A DNA stretch of 64,000 nt from Candidatus Poribacteria bacterium (GCA_965116925.1 OZ220744.1:1216001-1280000); one strand, 5' to 3'; shown: positions 28,455 through 38,959, counted from the stretch's first letter. Notes: a model not told the origin generated them from the letters alone. A program made the numbers and translations.

Positions 28455-29576
28455 GTGATTGATTGGGACAAATGGCGAAAACAATTTCCGGTGACAGAAA
28501 AATATATCTACCTGAATCACGCCGGGATTGCTCCGCTCCCGTTGTGTGTCCATCAGGCGATGGGACATTTTTTGGACGATGCGACCCATAACGGTGCGGT
28601 CAATTCCAAACGTTGGGAAGCTACAGCTGAAACCTGTCGCGCAAACGCAGCCAAATTAATCAACGCAGCTGTTGACGAGATCGCATTTATGAAGAACACC
28701 TCGCAAGGCATCATCATCGCTGCAAACGGGATTGATTGGCACGAAGGCGACAACGTCGTGACGACGGCTGTGGAATTTCCTGCGAATGTATATCCGTGGT
28801 GGAGACTCAAGCGTCTCGGTGTCGAAACGCGAATGGTGCCAGAACGAGAAAAACGCATCCACATTGAGGATATTGAGGCGGCGATTGACGAGCGAACTCG
28901 ATGCGTGACCATCAGCCATGTCGAGTTTGCATCGGGATTTCGGAACGACATCGCGGCGATCGGTGACATCTGCCAAAAAAAGGGACTCTGGTTCGTGGTG
29001 GACGCCATACAGAGCGTGGGTGCGATTGACTTGGACGTGAAGGCTTGCAACGTTGACATCCTTGCCGCCGACGGTCATAAGTGGCTGCTCGCACCTGAAG
29101 GCGCGGCAATCTTCTACTGTGCAAAAGAGAAGCAGGACGCATTGATCAACACAAATGTCGGTTGGGCAGGCGTGGTCAATCCGAGGGATTTTCTGAGCTA
29201 TGATTTCACACCGCAACCAGCAGCGACGCGCTTTGAGGAAGGATCGTATAACAGCGTTGGTTTGTATGGACTCGGCGCAGCGATTGAACTGCTGCTGGAG
29301 ATTGGGATTCCGAATATCGAGCAACGAATCTTGGATCTGACGGATCGCCTCATCGAAGGGCTTCGTTCAAAGAACTACCGGCTGTTGACACCCACAGGAG
29401 AATCTGAACGTTCCGGTATCGTAGTGTTTGAAAGCGACCGATATTCTTCAGCTGATTTGGTTGAGCAACTCAGGGGTGAAAATGTTATCGGAGCGGAGCG
29501 AGCTGGCGTCCGTCTATCGCCGCATTTCTATAACTCGGCGGCAGAGATAGATCAGGTTTTGGCATTGCTGCCATAG
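28455..29576 (+). CDS. Aminotransferase class V / cysteine desulfurase-like PLP enzyme
   Basis: YLNHAG, VVDAIQS.G, DGHKWL, RLSPHFYN. GTG start after GGAGG; the upstream ORF extension lies within a MITE. Confidence 0.88.
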   Translation: MIDWDKWRKQFPVTEKYIYLNHAGIAPLPLCVHQAMGHFLDDATHNGAVNSKRWEATAETCRANAAKLINAAVDEIAFMKNTSQGIIIAANGIDWHEGDNVVTTAVEFPANVYPWWRLKRLGVETRMVPEREKRIHIEDIEAAIDERTRCVTISHVEFASGFRNDIAAIGDICQKKGLWFVVDAIQSVGAIDLDVKACNVDILAADGHKWLLAPEGAAIFYCAKEKQDALINTNVGWAGVVNPRDFLSYDFTPQPAATRFEEGSYNSVGLYGLGAAIELLLEIGIPNIEQRILDLTDRLIEGLRSKNYRLLTPTGESERSGIVVFESDRYSSADLVEQLRGENVIGAERAGVRLSPHFYNSAAEIDQVLALLP

Positions 29577-29611
29577 TTGAGAAATGACTTTCTATCAGGC
29601 GGAGATTTCCG

Positions 29612-29640
29612 TTGCACAAAGATGGTGGTTGGCGTATAAT
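29612..29640 (+). promoter_or_regulatory. Sigma70-type promoter
   Basis: TTGCAC-N17-TATAAT. Confidence 0.6.
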
Positions 29641-29743
29641 AGCCTAAGTTGCTATCTTAATTGGAAGGCGGTTGCCAACACAAACCGACCTCAATCAACC
29701 TCAAAGGATAAACAACTGGTTTGAGAACAGAGGGGAATAGCAA

Positions 29744-30736
29744 ATGCAGCGAAGGCACAATCTCGCCCATTTCCTGTTGGCTATCGTTGTAGCCTTGAGT
29801 CTAACACTGCCGATGGTATGCGTTGACGCACAGGCACAGATTGCCTTCACCTCTGAGAGGGATGGAAACAGGGAAATCTACGTGATGGACGCCGACGGAG
29901 GTAATCCGCGAAGACTCACCAATAGCCGCCTTGTAGACTGGGCTCCTTCATGGTCGCCAGACGGTAGACACATTGTCTTTACGGGTAATGGGCGGCCCGG
30001 AGACTGGGGAGCTAGGGGTGGAGATTTGGAGATCTACATGATGGATGCCAATGGGAGTAATCCGCGAAGACTCACCAATAATCTCCGTCAGGATACTGAT
30101 CCTGCGTGGTCTCCGGACGGTAAGCATATTGCTTATACTTCCACCATAATACATAGGAACAACGAAATCTATGTGATGGACGCCGATGGGGATAATCAGC
30201 GAAGACTCACTAACAGTGGTGACGTTCATATTCATAACTGGAATCCCTCATGGTCTCCAGACGGCAGACGCATTGCCTTTGCTTCCCTTAGGGATGGGAA
30301 CCATGAAATCTATGTGATGGACGCTGATGGGGATAATCAGCGAAGACTCACTAACAGTGGTGACGTTCATATTCATAACTGGAATCCCTCATGGTCTCCA
30401 GACGGCAGACGCATTGCCTTTGCGTCTAATAGGGATGGAAAAAGCGAAATCTACGTGATGAACACCGATGGCGGGCAACAGCGAAACTGTACTAAAGATA
30501 TGCTTAGTGACGATCCCGCATGGTCGCCAGATGGTAAACGCATTGTCTTCGTATCTGAGAAGGATGGGAACAAGGAAATCTATGTGATAAACGCCGATGG
30601 CAGGAGGGACCCGCAAAGACTCACCGATAATCCCCAGGCTGATACCGATCCTGCATGGCTTAACCCTGTATTTGCAGTTGCTCCTGCAGACAAAAAAACC
30701 ACAATGTGGGGCTGGCTCAAGCAAGTCAACCGATAG
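29744..30736 (+). CDS. Secreted TolB-like PD40/WD40 beta-propeller protein
   Basis: Signal peptide; repeated EIYVMDADG and PSWSPDG blades; C-terminus AVAPADKKTTMWGWLK. Confidence 0.88.
   Translation: MQRRHNLAHFLLAIVVALSLTLPMVCVDAQAQIAFTSERDGNREIYVMDADGGNPRRLTNSRLVDWAPSWSPDGRHIVFTGNGRPGDWGARGGDLEIYMMDANGSNPRRLTNNLRQDTDPAWSPDGKHIAYTSTIIHRNNEIYVMDADGDNQRRLTNSGDVHIHNWNPSWSPDGRRIAFASLRDGNHEIYVMDADGDNQRRLTNSGDVHIHNWNPSWSPDGRRIAFASNRDGKSEIYVMNTDGGQQRNCTKDMLSDDPAWSPDGKRIVFVSEKDGNKEIYVINADGRRDPQRLTDNPQADTDPAWLNPVFAVAPADKKTTMWGWLKQVNR
30164..30423 (+). repeat. Recent intragenic blade duplication (period 141 nt)
   Basis: 30164-30282 and 30305-30423 are identical except one synonymous change (GCC/GCT). 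Confidence 0.9.
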
Positions 30737-30804
30737 CTAGCATTATTGAGAGAACGGTGTTTGAGGATATAAAAACCGCTTTGAGAACAGAGGAGGAATA
30801 GCAG

Positions 30805-31785
30805 ATGCAACGGAGACACCATCTCGCACATTTCCTTTTGGCTAGCGTTGCTGTCTTGGGTCTGACACCGCTGATGGTAGCCGTTGAGGCACAGGCACGG
30901 ATTACTTTCGTGTCTGATAGAGACGGGAACTTGGAAATCTATGTGATGGATGACGATGGAGGTAATCAGCGAAGACTTACTAACAATCTCGTTCATGATT
31001 GGTATCCCTCATGGTCCCCTGACGGTAAACACATTGCCTTTACTTCTGGTAGGGATGTGAACCGTGAAATCTACGTGATGGATGCCGATGGAGGTAATCT
31101 GCGGAAACTCACTGAAAATCGCCAGAATGACTGGCATCCCTCATGGTCTCCTGACGGCAAACGCATTGCCTTTACGTCTACTGGGATTTGGTCCCTTGCG
31201 GAGGGTCACTCGCAAATCTACGTGATGGACGCCGATGGGGGAAGTCCACAAAACCTCTCTGACAATGGCTTTTTTGAAGATCACCCCTCATGGTCTCCTG
31301 ACGGTAAACGCATTGCCTTTACTTCTGGTAGGGAGGGGCAGGTGGAAATCTACGTAATGGATGTCAATGGCAAGAATCAGCATAGACTCACTAAAAGTCC
31401 TGTTCATATTCATAGTTGGCATCCCTCATGGTCCCCCGACAGCAAGCGTATTGTCTTTGATTCTCATAGAGATGGGGACTCGGACATCTATGTGATGGAC
31501 GCCGATGGGGGTAATGTTCAAAACCTCACCAATGATCCCTTTAAGGATCGGGATCCCTCATGGTCGTCGGACGGCAAACGGATTGCCTTTACTTCTGGTA
31601 GGGAGGGGCTCCTTGACATACACGGTTTCCCCACTTATGAAATCTACGTAATGGACGCGGATGGAGGTAATGTTCAAAACCTCACCAATAATCCCCATAA
31701 TGACGTTGATCCTGCATGGTATAACCCTGCTTTTTCAGTTGCTCCCGCAGGCAAGAAATTCACGATATGGGGAGGGCTCAAATAG
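30805..31785 (+). CDS. Secreted TolB-like PD40 beta-propeller protein
   Basis: Same architecture; C-terminus [16 protein letters not shown]. Confidence 0.88.
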   Translation: MQRRHHLAHFLLASVAVLGLTPLMVAVEAQARITFVSDRDGNLEIYVMDDDGGNQRRLTNNLVHDWYPSWSPDGKHIAFTSGRDVNREIYVMDADGGNLRKLTENRQNDWHPSWSPDGKRIAFTSTGIWSLAEGHSQIYVMDADGGSPQNLSDNGFFEDHPSWSPDGKRIAFTSGREGQVEIYVMDVNGKNQHRLTKSPVHIHSWHPSWSPDSKRIVFDSHRDGDSDIYVMDADGGNVQNLTNDPFKDRDPSWSSDGKRIAFTSGREGLLDIHGFPTYEIYVMDADGGNVQNLTNNPHNDVDPAWYNPAFSVAPAGKKFTIWGGLK

Positions 31786-31878
31786 GTTGACTGATAACTA
31801 CCATTCGATTTTCAATGGGTGGCAACTTGCGTTATAATAGCTGCACTAGAAATTTACGGGGCAATCGGAGAAAACTTT

Positions 31879-32847
31879 ATGTATATTCAGGATCTACTCA
31901 GTTGGGAACGGTTTAACGATGAGAATCTCAGTTTTTTTAACGCCATTGGAGTTGATCGCCTCTGCCTTGATATTCGGGGTATGCACCGTGTTGATCCCTC
32001 GTTGGATCTGCGAGATGGAGTAGACAGGACAGATTTCTTTGAGGCAGCAAAGGCGAAAACAGAGGCTCACGGGCTAGAACTATACAGCATCTTTATGGCG
32101 GGCTGGGATGAAATCGCACTGGCGATGCCCAATCGTGATGAAAAGATTGAGGCATGGTGTACAATGCTTCGAGGTATCAGCGCGGCGGGCATCCCCGCGT
32201 TGGGATACAACTTCAAACCGATGGGCAATTTCCGCACAACGTCCGCCACAGGTAGAGGAGGCACCTCCTACAGTACCTTTGATTACGACGAATTTTCGCA
32301 GAACCGCCCCAAACCGCACGACCCACCGGTCTCAGAGGAAGAAATGTGGGAGCATATAACCTATTTCCTCGAAGGGGTGATTCCGGTGGCGGACAAAGTC
32401 GGGGTGCGGATGGCGCTGCATCCAGATGACCCACCAATCCCTGAACCGTTAGGGGGCGTAGCGCAGATCGTATCAACGCTCGACCAATACCGGCGGATTT
32501 TCGACATTGTTCCATCCGACTCCAACGGAATGCTGTTCTGTCAGGGCTGCGTCACCGAGATGGGAGTGAATGTGTATGAAGCAATTCGGGAGATGGCTAC
32601 CAAAAACAAAATCATCTTCGTTCACTTCCGCAATGTTCGCGGCTGCCTGCCCAGCTTCCAAGAGGTGTTTCTCGATGAAGGCGATATAGATATGCACAAA
32701 GCAATGTCAATATATCGGGATGCAGGCTTTAACGGACCCTTTATGATGGATCACACGCCGGGTTTTCCCCAAACGGATGCAGGCAGAGCGGGTCAGGCAT
32801 ACGCAGTCGGATATATTCGGGGGGTGATTCAATCAGTGTATCGGTGA
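31879..32847 (+). CDS. uxuA: Mannonate dehydratase family protein
   Basis: YNF, MALHPDDPP, FCQG, VHFRNV, MDH motifs. Confidence 0.8.
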   Translation: MYIQDLLSWERFNDENLSFFNAIGVDRLCLDIRGMHRVDPSLDLRDGVDRTDFFEAAKAKTEAHGLELYSIFMAGWDEIALAMPNRDEKIEAWCTMLRGISAAGIPALGYNFKPMGNFRTTSATGRGGTSYSTFDYDEFSQNRPKPHDPPVSEEEMWEHITYFLEGVIPVADKVGVRMALHPDDPPIPEPLGGVAQIVSTLDQYRRIFDIVPSDSNGMLFCQGCVTEMGVNVYEAIREMATKNKIIFVHFRNVRGCLPSFQEVFLDEGDIDMHKAMSIYRDAGFNGPFMMDHTPGFPQTDAGRAGQAYAVGYIRGVIQSVYR

Positions 32848-32961
32848 AATGCCGGGCGTGCAGAGAAAGCATAGCAAAACTAATCGTGGCGCAGGTTGCC
32901 TAACCTGCGATTGATGGCACGCTAGCAGCTGGATTACTTTGGACTGTGTTAGCACACCCTC

Positions 32962-33813
32962 TTACACACGAACAAACTTATGCAGCAAGTTTTCAACGCC
33001 GACTTCGCCGATATAGATGTCGCCATGCCGGTCTACCCAGATGCCATGAGCACCATGGGGTGCATCGTCCGGTCCGCCTAGCACGTTCCAACAGGTGAGC
33101 AGCTTTCCGTCCCGGTTAAAGATGCTGACGCCGCCGCCTTCAGCAATGTAAACGGTGTCGTCTGCATCAATGTATAATCCACAAGGACCAAGCCGCCCTG
33201 GCCACTCAGAAAGGAAACCGCCGTCAGGGTCAAAAATTTGGATGCGATTATTCGTCTCTCTATCAGCGACCAACACTCTGCCTTCTCGGTCCGTAAAGAC
33301 ATTATGGGGGAGGGTAAATTGCCCCGGTAATGCCCCTTCTTTACCCCATGTGTTTAGCAGGGTTCCATCGGGCGAGAACCGATGTATCTGATGCTGACCG
33401 TAACCGTCCGAGACATAAATATCACCAGATGGGGCAATGACAGCGCGAGTCGGCATATTGAATGGCTCACCGTAGCCACCTGGCTCATTTGGGGTTCCAA
33501 GTGTCTTTAGGATTTGGCCATCTGTGGTACAGATGCGCACCGTGTGGTCACCACAGTCGGCGATATAGATCCGATCTTCTGAGTCAATAAAAACATCGTG
33601 AGGTAGGCTAAGAAAGTCCTCGCCCCACGATGAGAGAAAGCGACCATCTCGGTCATAGACCACCATGGCGGGGTTCGGTTCGCGGTCGAGAACGTATACC
33701 TTGTCCTGCGAATCAGCAGCAACCCCCGAAGCGATGCCCAGCGTTCGACCGTCGGGCCCTTGTCCCCAACCTTTAACAACTTGGTAAGAATATTTACCAC
33801 TTCCTAATATCAT
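32962..33813 (-). CDS. NHL-repeat protein (peptidyl-alpha-hydroxyglycine lyase-like)
   Basis: PHDVFID, IYVSDGYG, GQFTLPH, VADRE.NRIQIFD. Confidence 0.85.
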   Translation of the reverse strand: MILGSGKYSYQVVKGWGQGPDGRTLGIASGVAADSQDKVYVLDREPNPAMVVYDRDGRFLSSWGEDFLSLPHDVFIDSEDRIYIADCGDHTVRICTTDGQILKTLGTPNEPGGYGEPFNMPTRAVIAPSGDIYVSDGYGQHQIHRFSPDGTLLNTWGKEGALPGQFTLPHNVFTDREGRVLVADRETNNRIQIFDPDGGFLSEWPGRLGPCGLYIDADDTVYIAEGGGVSIFNRDGKLLTCWNVLGGPDDAPHGAHGIWVDRHGDIYIGEVGVENLLHKFVRV

Positions 33814-33873
33814 AATTAACACCTCCGGCTTTAATTTGTAGATACTGAGTTCCCAAACTGAAAGAATACTCGT

Positions 33874-34005
33874 CGCTCATGTTAAGATTTAGTGCAAAGA
33901 AACCGAATATTCGTAGGGGTTGGGGGACCCAACCCTTACGGCGGGCGGGGCCTCTCCGCCCCTACGATTTCGCTTCGTGTTTTGCACTTTCTTTTTACAT
34001 GAGCC
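33874..34005. mobile_element. MITE family B (GCTCATGT ends)
   Basis: Imperfect TIR of about 24 bp; TACTCGT duplicated on both flanks; internal pair of inverted GTAGGGG REPs. Confidence 0.82.
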
Positions 34006-34111
34006 TACTCGTTTTATCCAAAGGCGACTATTATAGCACACTATTTCAAATATCCTGAATCTAAAAAAACAGTTTCTTCATCGGAGATATAAACCTATTA
34101 GGATTGCCCAA

Positions 34112-34900
34112 ATGAGAATACAGGAAATGTTTGAACTTCATGATCGGGTCGCCATCATTACCGGCGGTGCAACACACTTGGGACGTGCAATGGCGACCGC
34201 CCTCGGCGAGTTAGGGGCAGCTACAGTTATTGCTAGCCGCAGGAAAGCCTTGTGTGAGCAGGTTGCAGCGGAGTTACAGGAAACAGGCATCAAATGCGTC
34301 GGACTTGGCTGCGATGTCACCGACGAAGCGCAGGTCAACACACTCGTGGATGAGGTGGTCGAGATGCACGGGCGGTTGGACATAATGGTGTGCAACGCCG
34401 GCGGTGCTGCGACAGCGAGTTATATCCCGAACGCTTCGATTGATGAGTTCACCCAGACATGGGAGATGAATGTCAAAAGTACCTATATGTGTGCACAAGC
34501 CGCAGCCCGTGTGATGATTCCCCAACGCAGCGGTACAATCATCACCCTCGGATCCATCCACGGCTTTCTGAGTGCCGACAAACGCCTCTACGAAGGATTG
34601 GATTTTAATCGTTCGGGTCCTCCCTATCAGGCAGCGAAAGGCGGTATAGTGAACCTGACGCGGGCACTCGCAGTTGAGTTGGGTGAATATAATATCACCG
34701 TCAACTGTATCAGTCCCGGACAGATCCCAAAATTGACGACAGACCCGGAACTAGCAGAGCGGTGCCGCCTGAGCAACCCGCTTGAACGCACCGGGGTCGC
34801 CGATGACATCAAAGGTGCTGTTGCCCTGCTCGCCTCACGTGCCGGCGATTGGATCACCGGACATAACCTCGTGGTCGATGGTGGTTGGAGCCTTTGGTAA
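34112..34900 (+). CDS. SDR family oxidoreductase (gluconate 5-dehydrogenase-like)
   Basis: TGGATHLG, NAG, YQAAK, VVDGG. Confidence 0.88.
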   Translation: MRIQEMFELHDRVAIITGGATHLGRAMATALGELGAATVIASRRKALCEQVAAELQETGIKCVGLGCDVTDEAQVNTLVDEVVEMHGRLDIMVCNAGGAATASYIPNASIDEFTQTWEMNVKSTYMCAQAAARVMIPQRSGTIITLGSIHGFLSADKRLYEGLDFNRSGPPYQAAKGGIVNLTRALAVELGEYNITVNCISPGQIPKLTTDPELAERCRLSNPLERTGVADDIKGAVALLASRAGDWITGHNLVVDGGWSLW

Positions 34901-34948
34901 ACAGTAAGACATAACTTCATACAAATACCTAAACGAAAGAGGTAAAAC

Positions 34949-35827
34949 ATGAAAAAACTCCCCATGGGTCCACTTTACTATGAGTTTAGTCGCCATAACG
35001 AACCACGCTTACGAATTACACCGGGCGAAACTGTGTTGGTGGAGGCAGAGGACGCCTTTTCCGGGCAGATTCGCACCAATGATGATCGGCGGGATAAGAC
35101 CAAGAAACCCTACGGCAATCCACAAACAGGGCCCATCTGGATCGAGGATGCTGAACCGGGTGACGCACTGGCGGTTAAAATTGAAGAGATTCGTCCAAGC
35201 ATCGGTCAATGTGCCACCCGAACCTCGGATCCCCGACAGCTTGCCGAATGGTTGGGCGATGACTGTCCACACGGTGTGCACGTCTGCCCCATCAGCGACG
35301 GACAGATTTATTGGAGCGATGACATCACCATTCCCTACACCCCGATGCTCGGTTGTATCGGGACAGCGCCGGATACCGGTGTGCCGACAACAGGACCCGC
35401 AGGTCCCCACGGCGGAAATATGGACATCATCGAAACCTGTCCCGGCAATACCGTTTATTTGCCGGTATTTGTATCAGGCGGATACCTGTATTTGGGCGAT
35501 GCACACGCTGCAATGGGGCACGGCGAACTCTCCGCTTCCGGGTTGGAGATGCCGTCGGAGACGACAATTACCGTCGATCTGATCAAAGACAAGAACCTGC
35601 CGGGTCCGCGAATAGAATCCCCTACAGAAATTATGACCGTCGCCACCGGCTGCCCGATGGAGCGTTCAACCGCTCAGGCTTATGCGTGGTTAATCTTATG
35701 GATGGAAGAAGAGTTCGGTTGGGATCGTTGGAAGGCGTATGACATCTTGACGCATGTCGGACAGATCTCAGTCGGTTACTATCAGATTGGGACAGTGGCA
35801 GCAAAAATCGCCAAGCGATATTTGTAA
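34949..35827 (+). CDS. Acetamidase/formamidase family protein
   Basis: NPQTGPI, PMLGCIG, HGGNMD, GDAHAAMGHGE. Confidence 0.88.
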   Translation: MKKLPMGPLYYEFSRHNEPRLRITPGETVLVEAEDAFSGQIRTNDDRRDKTKKPYGNPQTGPIWIEDAEPGDALAVKIEEIRPSIGQCATRTSDPRQLAEWLGDDCPHGVHVCPISDGQIYWSDDITIPYTPMLGCIGTAPDTGVPTTGPAGPHGGNMDIIETCPGNTVYLPVFVSGGYLYLGDAHAAMGHGELSASGLEMPSETTITVDLIKDKNLPGPRIESPTEIMTVATGCPMERSTAQAYAWLILWMEEEFGWDRWKAYDILTHVGQISVGYYQIGTVAAKIAKRYL

Positions 35828-35834
35828 AACAGTC

Positions 35835-35860
35835 GTAGGGAACGCAGATCTGCGTTCCCT
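35835..35860. repeat. GTAG-REP palindrome
   Basis: GTAGGGAACGCAGATCTGCGTTCCCT. Confidence 0.65.
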
Positions 35861-35876
35861 CTAGCGTAAATAAGAG

Positions 35877-36608
35877 GTGATAACAATGTACGGACAGAAC
35901 GGACGAATCGGATTGTTAGTGCCATCAGTGAATACAGTTGTCGAACCAGAATTTAACCGTATGATTCCAGAGGGCATCAATGTCTATGCGGCACGGATGC
36001 GGAATACGCGGTCGGATGTAGAAGACTCCAAGGCGATGCTTCAACATGTGGCGCGTGCTGCGGATGAACTCGGCAGTGCACATGCAGATGTGATAGCCTT
36101 TGCTTGCACTGCGAGTAGTTTTGTGGAAGGCGTTGAAGGGGAAATTGAATTGCGAGACCGGATCGAACGGGCAGGAGAAGCAAAAGCGGTGACGACATCG
36201 GGTTCCGTCGCAGGCGCGTTGCGGACGCTCGGTATTCGGCGTGTCGCAGTCGCCACACCCTATCCAGATGAACTGAACGTGCTAGAAAAACAATTCTTGG
36301 AGGACGAAGGGATCGAAGTCCTAACAATCGCCGGCATGGGTATCGTGGACGCATTCAGCATCGGAAAAGTAACGCCGCAAGAGACGTATGAATTTGCCCG
36401 ACGTGTCTGGCAGGCCGACGCCGATGGAATGTTTATCAGCTGCACTAACCTGCGCACCATTGATGTGCTAGCACGACTGGAAGCAGAACTCGGTGTGCCG
36501 GTTATCTCCAGCAATTTGGCGACATGTTGGGGGTGTTTGCGAGCCTTGGGACATCAGGATCCGATTGATGGGTACGGGAGGCTTTTGTCAGAGCGTCTCG
36601 ATGCGTAA
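35877..36608 (+). CDS. Maleate cis-trans isomerase / Asp-Glu racemase family protein
   Basis: RIGLLVPSVNTVVEPE, ACT and SCTNL catalytic cysteines, ATPY. Confidence 0.88.
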   Translation: MITMYGQNGRIGLLVPSVNTVVEPEFNRMIPEGINVYAARMRNTRSDVEDSKAMLQHVARAADELGSAHADVIAFACTASSFVEGVEGEIELRDRIERAGEAKAVTTSGSVAGALRTLGIRRVAVATPYPDELNVLEKQFLEDEGIEVLTIAGMGIVDAFSIGKVTPQETYEFARRVWQADADGMFISCTNLRTIDVLARLEAELGVPVISSNLATCWGCLRALGHQDPIDGYGRLLSERLDA

Positions 36609-36620
36609 AGGAACAGACCG

Positions 36621-38855
36621 ATGTCTAGTATCGTCGATATGTTCAACCTCATGAGTTTGGATGCGCCCGGATTGGAAGTGGTCAAAGCAGCGGTTAAAGC
36701 TGAGGATTACTCCGCTGCCGAGTCTGCCTATCTGGCGTACTACCGTGCGCGAAAGCCACCGGCCCTCGATTGGCACACCGAGCATAGGAATGGACGCTCC
36801 TTTGAGACTAACTCAACCGGCTGGAATTTCCTGACCACCATCCCAGACTTAATCACTTGGCGCGACCGTGAGAAGGTCAAGGGGCTAATCAACCGTGAAA
36901 AGGGTTACACCTTCAGCCGCACCGAGGGGATACAGCTGTCTGATTACACCGTGTTAGATCTGGCTGAGATGCTCTTAGAGAACAAGGTTTTTATCCCGTA
37001 TCACCCCGAAGACGGTGTCCAAGATCTCGGTCCCGATTGGAACTGGGAGCATGTGCCTCCTGTCGTTGGGCAGCGATGGACGCTGAGTCTACCATACCAA
37101 TACTGTCTGCGTGCTCTCGCACAGGCGTATTGGCTGACCGATGATGAGCGGTATATCGCCAAACTCGTCAAGATTGCGACCCACTATGCCAGCTATGTAG
37201 ATGGGAGGAGTTCGTGGATCTGGATTCCCGACATGCAGCTCGCACGCAACTATCAGCAATTGATGCCCTTCATGCTTTCGTGGGACGGGTTGTCACCCCA
37301 TGATTTTTGTGCAATTCAATCTTGGTTGTCGGGTGGTTGCGCTGCATCAATGGAAGCGGTGACCAATGCGCGGGGCAATCAACTCCTGTTTAACGGCTTG
37401 GGACTGGCGTGGATAGGGGTGGGAATGCCCGAATTCAAAGACGCAGCAAGGTGGCGTGAACGTGGCTTCAGTCAAGTCGAAGAGTTCTTCGGTCAGGGAG
37501 CATTCTATCCGGATGGCTCATCGAAAGAAAACTCCTACGGTTACGTCGTCGGTGCCTCCGCAGCCGGGTTGGAAGCCCTAAAATTGGCGCAGGCGAATGG
37601 ATGGAATTTTCTGAAAAATCTGAATCATCCGATGTTGTTGCGAGCTGAATTCCTCGCCTATACCGCCAAACCGGATGGCAGTTATGTATGGACGGGCGAT
37701 AGCACACGCGGTTCTGCCTTTGACTATATAGAGACTATCGCTGATTCAGAAAATCGGACGGACCTGCAATACATCGTCAGTTTCGGGGAACGTGGCACTC
37801 CCCCGCCGCGTAAATCGTCGTGGTACACTTACGGCGGCGTTGGTGTGATGCGAAGCGATTGGGAACGCGAAGCCAACTACCTGTTTTTCGATGTAGGTCC
37901 GGTGGGGGTACTGCACGGACACGAAGGGAAGTTAGCGGTGGAGGTTGTCGCCTACGGCCGCTCTATGGTAGAGGATTTGGGGATCCACACCTATGCAACA
38001 ACTGAACGCGATATGAAATTTCACGATTTCTTCACGGCTTCCGCTGCACACAACACAGTCATCGTACATGGAAAGAGCCAAGTTCGACTGAAAACAGGGC
38101 CATTCACGACCGAGCAACCCCTATCGAATCCGTGGTTCAGCACAGCGACCTGTGATTTTCTTTCGGGCAGCTATACCGAAGGCTATGGAGATGCGGGAAG
38201 TGACGAAATTGATCAATCGGTCGTCCACCATCGCAGCGTCATTTTTGTCAAAGGGCGCGAGGAGAATGATATAGAATATTGGATCATCACCGACCATCTG
38301 ACCGGCGACGGTGTTCACACCTGCGAACAGCTATTTCATCTCATTCCGGTCGAGGTTGATGTCGATCCGGATACGAAAACTGTACAAACAGTTACGCCAA
38401 ACCAACCCAATCTGGCGTTCATCCCATCGGTCTCCAACGGGATTGAATTGGAGGTTGTTGAAGGTCGCACTAAACCTAGCCTGCAAGGCTGGTATTGCGG
38501 CGGAGGTCCTCGTCCAACACCGGCTCCTTGTGTAACCTATCGCCGGACGGGAATGCTGCCCACTATTTTTCAGACAATCCTTTTGCCAATGAAAGCGGAT
38601 AAAGCAGCCTTACCCAAAGTCGAATCGCTTGGCACTCTCGGTGACAGTTGGAGCCGTATTATATTCCCGGATGGTCGGGAGGACACCTACTGTTCACCAG
38701 CACAAATGGGACATCAGCAGTTGGAAGACATCACCTTCACCGGGGAAGCAGCACTGATACGCCGCGACAGCAGTGGAAAACTCTTGGATTGGGCGGTTGT
38801 TGGCGGGAACAACCTACAATATTGCGGCGAAACCTTTCCCTCTACCCGCGACTAA
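36621..38855 (+). CDS. Heparinase II/III family polysaccharide lyase
   Basis: YPDG...E.S.GY, VMRSDW, FFDVGP...HGH, AHNTVIV.G..Q. Confidence 0.82.
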   Translation: MSSIVDMFNLMSLDAPGLEVVKAAVKAEDYSAAESAYLAYYRARKPPALDWHTEHRNGRSFETNSTGWNFLTTIPDLITWRDREKVKGLINREKGYTFSRTEGIQLSDYTVLDLAEMLLENKVFIPYHPEDGVQDLGPDWNWEHVPPVVGQRWTLSLPYQYCLRALAQAYWLTDDERYIAKLVKIATHYASYVDGRSSWIWIPDMQLARNYQQLMPFMLSWDGLSPHDFCAIQSWLSGGCAASMEAVTNARGNQLLFNGLGLAWIGVGMPEFKDAARWRERGFSQVEEFFGQGAFYPDGSSKENSYGYVVGASAAGLEALKLAQANGWNFLKNLNHPMLLRAEFLAYTAKPDGSYVWTGDSTRGSAFDYIETIADSENRTDLQYIVSFGERGTPPPRKSSWYTYGGVGVMRSDWEREANYLFFDVGPVGVLHGHEGKLAVEVVAYGRSMVEDLGIHTYATTERDMKFHDFFTASAAHNTVIVHGKSQVRLKTGPFTTEQPLSNPWFSTATCDFLSGSYTEGYGDAGSDEIDQSVVHHRSVIFVKGREENDIEYWIITDHLTGDGVHTCEQLFHLIPVEVDVDPDTKTVQTVTPNQPNLAFIPSVSNGIELEVVEGRTKPSLQGWYCGGGPRPTPAPCVTYRRTGMLPTIFQTILLPMKADKAALPKVESLGTLGDSWSRIIFPDGREDTYCSPAQMGHQQLEDITFTGEAALIRRDSSGKLLDWAVVGGNNLQYCGETFPSTRD

Positions 38856-38959
38856 CCTAAAGCAAGTTGCGACAAAGTAGTAGGCATACTCCGTATGCCG
38901 TAACCTCAAAAGTTAATTATTGCACAAATGAATTAATGAACCAACAAGGGAAACATATC

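Larger units (their letters stand above)
29642..31832. mobile_element. Non-autonomous cargo element bounded by family C ends, carrying two PD40 genes
   Basis: Left end GCCTAAGTTGCTA, right end GGCAACTTGCGT, flanked by TATAATA direct repeats (29635-29641 and 31833-31839). Confidence 0.6.

Noticed and set aside
29744..31785. Calling these genes tolB
   Set aside because: They lack the TolB N-terminal domain and tol-pal context and are multicopy.
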